Source: Vezdaea acicularis
Lineage: Eukaryota
Reading direction: 5' to 3'
NCBI GenBank assembly: GCA_026025075.1
Contig: JAPEUI010000117.1
Location: 1-49,429 of the forward strand
DNA length: 49,429 nt
Shown here: positions 23,517 to 34,595 of the stretch, piece by piece
How the letters are laid out: every line of letters begins with the position of its first letter
Position numbering within the stretch: the first letter of the stretch is position 1
Position numbers and translations under genes: made by a program
Notes under the pieces: generated by a model
Seen by the model: only the letters and a program-made list of their open reading frames with translations
The model's database searches: none
Told to the model about the DNA's origin: nothing

Positions 23517-24780
23517 ATGTCTTCAGTCGACAATATAGCCGCCAGCTTGGCCCAAACCACCATCACTGACTCTCCAGCGACTAATGGTGCTGAGAAGTCT
23601 GCTAAGTCTGCTAGGGATGAAGCTGTTCTTCTCAGCGCTGCAGAGGGCCGTCGTTTGTATATCGGCAATCTCGCGTACGCCACTACTGAGGAGCAACTCA
23701 AGGATTTCTTCAAGGGCTATGCTATGTAAGTTCCTCCTCCCTCTTGAAAGAAGATGTGTCCAGTCTCCTTGTCTCTATCGAAGTCTGCCTTGAACGCGAT
23801 AATAACACGACCGGTAACCTTAGTGAATCTACGTCTATTCCGGTCAATCCTCGCACTACCCGTCCAGTCGGATACGCTTTCGTCGATCTTCAAGCTGCTA
23901 GCGAAGCTGAGCGTGCCATCTCAGAGCTTTCCGGGGGTGAGATTCTAGACCGCAAGGTGTCTGTCCAGCTCGCACGCAAGCCGGGCGACGCTGGCGACAA
24001 GGCCGAAGGAGGCATCAGTGGTGGCGAGGCTGGATCAGGTGGAGAAGGTAACCGCCGTCGTGGTACTGGTCGCGGTCGTGGCCGTGGCCGTGGCATTCGT
24101 GGTGGCCGCGGTGGTCGTGGTGGTCGTGCTGTAAGTGCTCCTAATTTTGAGAGAACCGAGCCCATCATTTGCTGCGTGGTATAGATATGTGGGCTGATCT
24201 TATCAGGACAATGTACTTCCCCTCACCGATGCTACCAACACGACGCCAAACACCGCCGAAAGTGCCGAAGCAACTACTGGTGATAATGCCAAGTCTATTC
24301 GTACCCCCCGGCCCCCCAAGCAGCGTGGCCCTCCGGAAGACGGCGTACCTTCCAAAACTAAGGTTATGGTGGCCAATCTCCCATACGATTTGAGTGAGGA
24401 AAAGGTATTTGCTCCAGAGCCCTTCCATTTAGTCTATAATGCTAAGAGTAGGTGTTTAGCTCAAAGATCTTTTCGTCAACTATGAACCGCTTACCGCCAA
24501 GATCGCGCTTCGTCCTATTCCTCGGTTCATGGTCAAGAAACTCCAAGCACGCAATGAACCTCGCAAAGGTCGTGGATTCGGCTTCGTTACCCTCTCTTCT
24601 GAGGAGATGCAGCAAAAGGCTGTCGCCGAGATGAATGGTAAAGACATCGATGGCCGCGAGATTGCGGTCAAGGTTGCAATCGATAGCCCGGGTAAGGAGG
24701 ACGAAGATATCAATGCCCCCGCTGCCGAAGCTGCAGCCGACAAGATCGAGAACGGCACCAGCCAGCCTAGGGAGGCGTAG
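23517..24780 (+). CDS. Two-RRM protein with central RGG box (Sbp1/Rnp24-like)
   Basis: RNP2 LYIGNL and RNP1 VGYAFVDL, then RGG repeats, then a second RRM (VMVANLPY, RGFGFVTL). Introns 23726-23823, 24131-24206 and 24405-24459. About 344 aa. Confidence 0.88.
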
Positions 24781-25617
24781 ATGGTAACTCATCAGCTGAG
24801 TATAAGTGATCCATGTTTTATTGGGGAACTTAAGGGAGTGGGGTCGGCAAGGCTGGTTTCCTAGGGCATAGGAATCAACAGCACATCCTGAGCGCGCCAA
24901 TCTGCTATGTATCTCTTAGCTGCTCCTTGCAATGTCGGATACGAAATTGCTGTTTACTTAATGAGGGTACTAGCACCGGTGATTGTTGGCAGATATCTTC
25001 GGATTCACCTCCAGGGGTATGATGTAACAGATATTCTCCGTCCGTCGCCTGCTTAAATAGGGACAAAACCTATATTTTCAATCATATTCCATCCATTAGA
25101 CATTGAGACCAGTGGCGTGCCGAGAGTCTGCATATCCCAGTTCAACCCATGGCCCCTTGATGATTGACTCCTAATAGTCGCTAGAAAATTACCCATCGTC
25201 GCGGGGGATTAGATTGAATCTTTTGGCATTGGTCCTTCCCCTCCCCACCCCCAAGCAAATATTCCAAAGTCGCCCGTCCTTTTAGACTCTGATGCTCCCC
25301 TGTCTTGATTTTTTTTGGCTAATTTTCACGGCCTATTCCTGGGGCTCATCGGCACTTTAAAAATTATTACAAAATTTGGAACGATCAGTGCCTCAAATAA
25401 TGAATATCTTGTACCCGAAATCTTCGTACGTCCGAAGGCCCATGAGACCCAGAAAGTACTCAAACAAGTGGCGAGCCATCTCTACGATCTTGCAAGAAAA
25501 GGCCCGATAGACATCAATGATCAAAGTCACAAATATGAGAATAAATTTTTTTGCACCCGCTGGTTCAAGCTGTGTCAGAAATGAGCTTTAATTCTCAGTT
25601 TTTAAGAATATATGATT

Positions 25618-26908
25618 CTAAAACTTCTCCCAACCATCTTCCTCCCACCCTTCGTCCTTCTTCTTTCCACCGGTTGCGCCTATCCCGCCTTTCCTCATAG
25701 CGGCAGTTCCAATTGAATTTGGCTTACTCTTCTGTTCAGGGGCCCCTAATGGTTCGTCTGGCGCTCCGAAACTGTCCCAGAAATCCTTTTTACTTTCGTC
25801 GATGGGAGCACTCCGTTGTGTCCGTCTAAGACCAGACGTCCCTCCCGCGCCTTGTGTATCAACAAAGCGGTTGAAAGTGTCCGCGGTGTTCTTGGTGGTG
25901 GATGTGATATTTTGGCCAAGCTGCGCTGCAGTGAGCCGAGCCTGGGTAGCTAGATCGGCCTCTACGAGCTATCCAAGAGAGAACACAATTAGTCAGCAAT
26001 ACCTTATCTGTCCATCTCTATGAGAAAGTGTCGCATACCTTTTGAGCTGTAGGTTGCACCCAATCTTCATTTACAGTCTTCGCAGTCTTCCCCACCGTCG
26101 TTGTAAACCACCCAAAGCCTCTGGTCAGTGCTGCTACTGGGTCTTTTTGCAAATCGTCCAGCCCTGGCAGAGATGCTTCAGCATGCTCCTGTTCAGTTGG
26201 CCCAGGTGGGGCACTACCAAAGCCAGTGAACTTGCCTCCTTGTGAAGGAGGAAGGTCCGCTGGCCGAGAAGCGTTTGCCGAGCCAAGGGATGCGAAATAA
26301 GCCTCATTCTGAGCTTTCTTGCTGCCCCCTATGCTGGATGTCCCGAGTGATGGTGTTGGGGAAGAAGAGCGTAAAGAGGAAACGGAGTCGGCCATCTTAG
26401 CTCTGTTGACGCCGGCAGGGGTCCCAGACCTTGATCCAACAATAGACGTAGTCCTTGATGGTCTGTTGCTGCCCTGCGCCGAGGTGATAGCTTTAGATTT
26501 TTCTTGTGGAACGTATTCCTTTCCCTCCACCTTGGCACTCAAGCGCTCTTTCCATTCCTCTCCAACCTCGCCACTATACCTTTCTGCCACGGTGCTATCA
26601 TCCCATCCAACGCCCGTAAGTTTTGTGGCAGAGTGGTTTTCATAAAAGTTCTTCCAAGCATTATTTCCACCGTGTTGCATCCGCAAAATTTCAGCTTGTT
26701 TGAAGGCATCCATTGATATGCTCCGTACAAAAGATATATGCACACCCAGCCCTCGATGGGTGCCTGCGCATGTAAGGCAGATGAATATTCCAAACTTGGG
26801 AGATGCCCATTGTGGAGCGGGAGCGCTGCAGTCGCAGCATTGATTGTTTCCGGGCTTCTTCTGGATTTCCAGGAGCTTACTCCGTGTTTCGGGATCTACC
26901 TCCCACAT
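25618..26908 (-). CDS. GCS1: ADP-ribosylation factor GTPase-activating protein
   Basis: ATG 26908 (MWEVDPETRSKLL). Zn finger CCDC..WASPKFGIFICLTCAGTHRGLGVHISFVRS. Intron 26038-25969. Acidic/Trp tail DEGWEEDGWEKF*. About 406 aa. Confidence 0.93.
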
Positions 26909-27125
26909 TGGATATGCAGTGGTCCGACTGATATGTGAATCGAGGCGGGAGGTTTGATAAGTGAACGAAGCTAAAAGCCTCGCTTGGAAATTCACCACTC
27001 ACGGAACCTCACTTTCTGTACTTGTATCAATGTGACTCCGTCTTAGCCCTTCTCTCATTCTTCATACATTCTGAATCGCCAGATGAGGAGCTATTCACCG
27101 AGACACTTTTGAATCTTTCCGCTCT

Positions 27126-28209
27126 ATGGAGGCGTCTTCTTTAACGCAGGCGCATGCTCATGCTCGAGTTGCTTCTAAGAAGACGCAGTCGCATGCAAAT
27201 GCGGCGGAAGAGCATACTCTAGCAGCAGGAGAATTTGCCAAGGCAAAAAAGAGTACTGGTGATGCAGAGGTAGCTTTAGTTTGGGCCTTCATTATAAGTC
27301 CTTTGCTAAGCTCTACAGGCCTTAAGAACGCTTCAACTATTAGAACAGCATCATCAAAAGCTCTCCCAGCTGATCAAGATCGACTTGGCACCGAAGGTAA
27401 AGAAGGAACAAGAAGTACAACCGCCAAAGAGGGAGGAGCAGCCGAGTTCGAGGCCCAAGCCAGATGCAGCAGATCGGTCTTCCTCACCATATCGCAATAT
27501 ACCCACATTGCAACGCGCGCCACGAGAGTTGTCATCGTCGATCGCAAGCAACCTTGCGTCTGCACGAGGGATCCCTTCATCACAAAGAAGAGCCTCGGCC
27601 ATTGTGACCGCTCAGCATGCTCGTGGCCATAACTCCCCCGAGAGAAGAAGCTTGGATAGGCGTGAGGTAGCACAAGAGTCAGAGAAAAGGGAAGAGCCGG
27701 AGAAGAGCGACGAACCCTTCACGAAATTCTATTCAACTTTCGAGAATCTTGTTTCAAAGATTACGGCCCCCTTGGCCTTTGCTGGGCTACCCTTGAAAGA
27801 GCCGGAAGAAGATCCAGATCTCAAGCGAATCATATCTAGGGCGGCATTGCGAGCTGTTAGGGAAGAGCGAGGAAACCCCGCTGAAAGTTTTTACGTTGTG
27901 CCTAGTACAGGTGGTACCGTCTCTTACGCTGGTATTGTTGGTCGTGATGATGGACAGCCACGAGATTATGAGGAACTAAAACTGAAAAATCAGGCTTTAC
28001 AAGAGCTTACGGATAACCTGAGCCGGAAACTGCATATGTGGGAAATGAATGCGCAGTCAATGCAGCAGAGCGTAAAGGTCCAAAAAGACGTGGAAGAAGA
28101 ATTAGATAAGCTAAGAAAGGACAATGAGAAACTCAGAGCGCTCTTGAATCGATATCGTAAGAAATGGGAGGAGCTCAAGGCGGGTGCAAGACAGAGAAGA
28201 GAAGCTTGA
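27126..28209 (+). CDS. MIT-like plus coiled-coil protein, probable Atg38/NRBF2 orthologue
   Basis: Intron 27270-27318 joins the two ORFs into about 344 aa. N-terminal three-helix pattern (LTQAHAHAR..AAEEHTLAAGEF..ALRTLQLLEQHHQKL) and a C-terminal coiled coil. The CDS is secure; the orthology is inferred. Confidence 0.7.
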
Positions 28210-28346
28210 AAGGCGCTAAGTTTCTGGAAGCCTGGAAGAGCAACTCCTCCAGAATAACATTCTAAGGAAGTCATTCCTCAGTTACAGAGGAAGGATCCAG
28301 CATTGCTATGATTCGCAGGATTAGAGAAGGTAAATTGATATCCTAA

Positions 28347-29373
28347 TCAAATCGCTCTACCTCCATCAACTTCCATATTTATTCCGGTAACGAACCTTGA
28401 TTCATCACTTGCAAAGAATAGGCATGCATTTGCGACATCTAAGGGCTCAGTCAGACGTCCCATGGGCACAGCTGCGACAAGCCTCTCCCGGTTCTCTGGA
28501 GTATTTTCAACACCGGCAAATTTGGCGAACCTTTCGGATATACGGTTAGCCAGCTGGCCAAGATAGACATTGACTACACCCACAGTTGTGTCCCACTCAG
28601 CAATGGGCAGACAGAATTAACCCGGATATGATGCCGTCCGTATTTAGCTGCCAAACCTTTGGTCACGTTCGCGACCGGTCAGAAAAACCATAAGGTTCGC
28701 CCGATAAATACTTTGGTCATCGCAAAAGAACTCTGGGAGTCTGCTACAGAGAAGACCTACATTGTATACAGCCCCTTTAGACGCATTATACCACGCTATT
28801 CCGGGCCTCGGCCGGGTAGCGCCTATTGAAGCCACATTAATCATAGCGCCACCTTCATTCTGCTTGATCAAAATTGGCATAACAGCTGCATTGCCTAGGA
28901 AGACACTCTTCACGTTCACGTCGAAATACATCTGGAATTCTGCTTCAGTGACTTCAAGAGTGGGCTGTCAAAGTTTATACATGTCAGCTGACCAAAGTTG
29001 AATACGATCCAAGGCTTGGGCCCCTTCAGTATGGAACTTTCGGTATGGGCCATGCCCCAAGGACTTGGTGTCGCCGTACGTTGTTTGAGTAGGTCGCTCC
29101 TGCATTGTTCACCAAGATATCCAGCCGGCCGTGCTTCCGCAATGCGACTTCTGCTAGCGCGTCCCAGTCGGGCTTCTTCGTGACGTCTGTCCTTTGAAAC
29201 GTAATATTGGCGGACTTGGAGGCAACTTGTTCTCCAGCTTCAATCGCAATGTCCGCGATTATTACTTTCGCACCTTCCTCCGCAAAGCGTAGGCTGATTG
29301 CCTCCCCAAAGCCTGCTGCACCGCCTGTGACGATGGCTACCTTTCCTTGCAATCGGTGCGTACTTGAACTTAT
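28347..29373 (-). pseudogene. Classical short-chain dehydrogenase/reductase with ATA in the start position and an intron ending in AC (pseudogene or non-canonical gene)
   Basis: TGGAAGFG, NNAG, WYNASK and VDGGRAI* are intact. Introns 29079-28965, 28760-28667 (ends AAC, not YAG) and 28583-28531. No in-frame ATG between the upstream in-frame TAA (29439-29437) and the Rossmann motif. Starting at ATA 29373 gives a 254-aa SDR. Confidence 0.7.
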
Positions 29374-30105
29374 TTCGCTTTTTTTCGGGAATAATGCCAC
29401 GGTATGCGTAAGATAATGGGGTGAGAGGTCTTCATTTTATATCCATGATGATGTCAGCCTGTGGGGTATGGGAGATCGTCAAATGCAGGCTTGGACCTCG
29501 GCACAGCGTATATTTGTGGGATCGGGATTGGAGGTGGCAAAGGGACCTAGTCATATCAAGGTTGCTCTTAGGTTGCTCTACGTAGGCTCAAAGGAGATGT
29601 AAGAAAGCGTTTCATGAAAATTGAAGAAGATATTGGTGGCCTTGTGGTGCATCTTCGTGCCAGCGATGGGCGTAAGCAAAGATGCTCTAGATTTCCCGCG
29701 CCAGCGGAACCTCATATTTTCACTACCTACAGCATTGCAGGCATTTGTCGTGAAGAATCGACGGCAGTAGTCTATATTCGCAGGTGCGTGTTCTTATGTG
29801 GCTTTCAACACTGGAGCGAGTTACGAGTTACAAGGTTCTTCTGCATCACCCTTTCTCGTCTCTCGTTTCGAGCTTCAAGGGGTATTTAGCCGCGTCAGAG
29901 TCTAGCGGGCGCTTGGCTCGGTTAGACTGACCTCATCGCGTCCGCCCGAAAGCAAGATACCAGCGCTTTCAGCGATGCTGGCAGCAGACGTGCAACTCAT
30001 CCATGGTACTCTTCTTTATCACCATCATCTTCACACTCTCACGCTCTCGATCTAATGTACGTCTACCTGAGTCAACAGCGGATTAACTAACCGCCGCTCA
30101 CCAAT

Positions 30106-33100
30106 ATGGCGCCTTCACCATCCACGATCACACGCGCTATCAAGAATGTCCGCCGGCGCAAGGACGAAGACTCCCCAGCCAATTCCGTTGCCAGCACCGC
30201 GGATGACGGAGACGAGGGTCGCCGAGGGCTCCGCTCCTCAATCGATTCGGCGGTCGATAAGATAAAAATCCTTCCTCCGCGGCGGAAACGTACCCAGCAG
30301 CAACGGGATCAAGCGCAGCAACTGGCTGGACTGGACGGGGCCGAACGAGGTCGAAGCGTAGGGGGGCAAGAGAGCTTGGCGGACAACTACGACGCCAATG
30401 CGAGTGAACAGAGCCTCGGTCGCTGGAGCGCTGACAGGAAGCAAAGTAGTCTTTTGACGCAGGACTCGGACACCGATTCGTGAGTTGCGTTCCCTTCCAT
30501 ATCATCTCCAATTACCTGTGTCACTCCCATGGAGGGCTCAGCTGGGGGGCGGTTTTTCGGCTGTCGCTTGGCGGGCGCGGCAGTCAGCCGCATCTGCAGC
30601 TCTGCTCTGCTCTGCTCCATTTTTCCGTTGCAGCGCCCGCTCGGTTCGGCCTAACATTATCCGGCCCTACAGCATTCGTCACCTTGACCCTCCCGCATCT
30701 TCTGCTGTGTGCTGCAGTGTCCCTCTCGTATACGTGAGGCGTGCCTCAAACAGCTTACTGACGAGCACTTCAATGGCTATAGTTTGAATACTCCGTCGTC
30801 CATTCCTCTGCAAGCTGGCTTCCTTACTCTATCGTCGTCAACGAGTGCTCAGACGTCGGCTTCGAACGCGCCGGAAATCGGACCGGCGTTAACAAAGCCC
30901 GAGTCGAACACCGCAACGCTGGAGAATCAGAACCTGTCACCGGGCTCCAACCGTCCTACGCGATCGCGCTCGCCAGCCGGCAGGTTCAAGGACGTTTTCA
31001 AAAATTCATCAGCACCGACTAGACGAGCGACGAGTCCGAATCCAAGTCCCGACCGTGACGTCGGAGGGGGAGGTGGTGGGATTGGAGGAATCTTTGGGAG
31101 CCGGAGGGAGAGTGCATCAAGCTCACGGCGAAACTCAAGGGTTCCAGAAGACGTCCCACCTGTTCCGCCTCTTCCGCTGACGCCGGAACGACCCCAATCC
31201 GCCAGAGTAAACATTCCCAGTCAAAGAATCCTTACCTCGTCTTCATCACCATCGTTGGCGCCCGTGACATTGGTGACCCCTCCTACCCCAACAAATCCGT
31301 CTTCCGAATTCGCACTGAACGACACTCCCTATGATTCTAAATCTAATATAACTACATCTCCCTCCGGACACATGATAAGTCACCGTCGATCACGATCAGG
31401 ACCATCAAACCACCCACCAAGCAAGCTGTCCAAAGCTCAGACTGCACCTCTATCACCCACACTAGAAGAATCTGGCGCCTCCCCCGGTGACAAGAACCAG
31501 GGTCAAACCGGGTTCTTTTCAACCGTTATATCAGCTGCACAAAACGCTGCCACCACTTTCGGAAATAGTATTGCGAACACATCTCTCGGTCAGGGTGGCA
31601 ATAGGAGTCGCAGTACGACGCAGACAAGTGAATCTGAACGGGAGTCAGAAAAGGAGTCGGGGGAGGAAGTTATCTCTACCTTCACCGCGCCGTCTGGGAA
31701 GGCCGGTAGCGACTTTGGTGACCAACCTACCGTTCGACCTGCCGTTGAGACCCTTGGGCTTGGTGATCTGAGCTTAAGTCATCTCGGTATATCAGACCCT
31801 GGTCCTCTGGAGAACGGCTCTAGTACGTTCCCGAGCATGAGCGACAGCCCAATGGATCCGCAATTCCGCGAGGATAGGTTTCGTAATCAGAGAAATTTTA
31901 CCTCCCTTGTTGATGAGGCGTCAAACCCTGGGACACCCACTCGAACAAATGGATCAGGCATTCACTCAGAGAGAGTTGCAGGTGACAACTTCTCTACTCC
32001 TACGGCCGAGGATCCGCACACAAACGGAAAGCCTCGCTCTACATATGAACAAAGTATCGACGGCGATCAGACTCCACCGAACACCGCAAATAACGGAACA
32101 AGCAGTAGCGTTAAGCGCAGTGGAAGTGTACGAAGTCGTGTGGGAGCAGTAGGTCGACGGAAGCGGGGTAGTTCAACAACTACAGGTGGCACAATAGCTG
32201 CCGCAATTGGAGCAACAAACGCTGCACTGGGGGCATCAAGCAGCGTGCCGCGGTTGACGGGCTTCGCAGTGGCACCGAAAAAACGGAACAGGGATTTTCA
32301 CCAGCTCTTCAGGAGTGTACCAGAAGACGACTATCTTATCGAGGACTACAGTGCGGCTTTACAACGAGAAATTCTCTTGCATGGGCGACTTTACGTTTCT
32401 GAAGGACACATTTGCTTCAATGCGAACATTTTCGGATGGGTCACTACTTTGGTCATCAGCTTTGACGAGGTAGTATCGCTCGAGAAGAAGAGCACTGCCG
32501 TTGTGTTCCCAAACGCTATCGTCATCTCAACACTTCATGCCCGAAACGTCTTTGCTAGTTTCGTCAGTCGAGACTCCACATATGATCTGCTCGTTGGAAT
32601 ATGGAAGATCAGTCATCCGAATTTGAAAAGCTCGCTCAACGGAGTCACTCTTGGCGATGGTCTTGGTGGAGACAAAACGGTTAAAGCAGAGAGCCAAAGC
32701 TCTGACGCCAGTGAGAGTGACGACGAAGCCGATGAAGTGTATGATGAAGACGACGAAATCGACGGAGGCGCTGACAGCTTTATTGATGCCGGAGAGGGAA
32801 GTATAACTGGGAGTGAACTGGGCGGAGACCCTGACAAGAAGAGTTTGAGTCGGAAACCGTCCGGCCTACCTTCAGCGAATGGCGCTGTAGATCCGAGCGC
32901 TTCCTCAGATGTGAAGGCGAAGCAACTTGGATTAGATGGAGCATTAAGTACGAGTGACTTTCCTGGTCCTGCAGCTCATGCTCCGACAAGCTGCGCTGAC
33001 CAATCGTCTCATTACGAAAAAGTCATCAAGGATGATGTTATCCAAGCGCCTCTTGGAAAAGTCTATTCACTAGTCTTTGGGCCTGGCTCCGGCCTATTTA

Positions 33101-34261
33101 TGTCGAAATGGTTACTAGACGATCAGAAAGTACTTGATCTCCAAATGGACGAGAATGCCAAACAAGGTCTCTCCGAAGGAAAAAGGACTCGCACTTTCTC
33201 TTATATCAAACCTCTTAACGCGTCAATCGGTCCAAAACAGACAAAGTGCATCATCACAGAGGTTATGGATGCTCTCGACCTAGAGAGAGCTGTATCAGTC
33301 ACCTGCACGACTCAAACACCTGACGTACCCAGCGGAAACGTCTTTAGCACTAAGACAAAATACTGCTTTATGTGGGCTGAGGGCAATGCAACTCGCATCA
33401 TTATTAACTGCACGATCGAGTGGACGGGCAAGAGTTGGCTCAAAGGTTTGCACCTCAAACTTGCCCTCCTATCTATTGCATTTACTGACTAGTCTAGGAC
33501 CTATTGAGAAGGGCGCCAATGATGGGCAGGTCAGTTATGCAAAGGATCTCTTTGATGCGCTTCGTGGGACTATCTCAAAAACACGGACAGGGTCCAGTGG
33601 TTTGAAAGGGAAGAGTAAAGGCCGACGGAGGAAGGGCACTCAAGACTCCACGGTCAGATCTGCTGGGCGATCTAGAGATGCCGGAGCCGTCAGTTACGAG
33701 TCTGCACCTCCGAAAGCAAGCTGGGGCCCTCTCGAGCCTGTTCGAGAGATCGCAAGCTCAATTGTGGAAATCATCAAGTCTATCATACCTGTCAACGTTG
33801 CACTAGGAGTGCTGTTCACAGTGATCATCCTGGTCTTGTGGTTTGGGAGCTCCTACACAAGGACATCAGTTGCGGCTGGCCCTCCAACTCATGCTACTCT
33901 GGGAGTACCGGGGCGGTTCTCCGGTTATGAAGACCTTTGGAGGCAGGAAGAAGGAGAGCTTTGGGACTGGTTGGAGGAGAGAGTTGGTATGGGAGGAATC
34001 TCTCTTAGTCTGTCTAGCAAGGGTAACGATGCTGGGCTTGACGAAGCTCGAAGACAGAGGCTTGGTGCATTTCGAGGCAGAGGCGTCCAATCAAAATTAG
34101 AGAAGGATAAGATGTCTGAACGAGAGGTCGATGACGCGATTCGAGTCACCGAGGAAAGATTACAGGCCCTGAAAGAGGTGGTGAAGAAGAAAAGGGCTGA
34201 AAGGAACAACGACGTTCCATCACAAGACACAGAGACGGTCGCCGCAAAATCGGAGCTTTGA
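30106..34261 (+). CDS. GRAM + VASt (StART-like) membrane-anchored sterol transfer protein (Lam/Ysp2/Ltc family)
   Basis: GFAVAPKKRNRDFHQLFRSVPEDDYLIEDYSAALQREILLHGRLY (GRAM); TQTPDVPSGNVFSTKT..WTGKSWLKGPIEKGA (VASt); C-terminal TM and coiled coil. Introns 30480-30782 and 33446-33497. About 1266 aa. Confidence 0.92.
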
Positions 34262-34595
34262 GCGATATCATTCCACATCCACTTTAGTGCGCCTGCTTAG
34301 CTTTTGATTGAATATCATGTATAGTACGTTACGAATAAGTGCATAGTATCGGACGTATCACGTTAGGGGAGCATTTATAGAATGAGTTTTATTGATATTT
34401 CAAGTCAAAGCGCTAGCCACCCGCGGTTTCTAGTGTCCGTACCATTGCCGATTCTCAATATTCAAATGAAGCTCTCAGTGTTGTTACACGCAAGTAGGCG
34501 GCACTGCCCACTGCTTCTTGTCTGCTTGTTGTACCTCCTCCCATCCTAAACATGCCGTTATCGACACATTGATCCGCATCCAGTCCCTAAACTCC

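Noticed and set aside
24054..24130. GGTCGT/GGCCGT tandem units
   Set aside because: They simply encode the RGG box of the RRM protein.
25158..25293. TGATGA...CTGA pair suggesting a C/D snoRNA
   Set aside because: No terminal stem and no recognisable rRNA-antisense guide.
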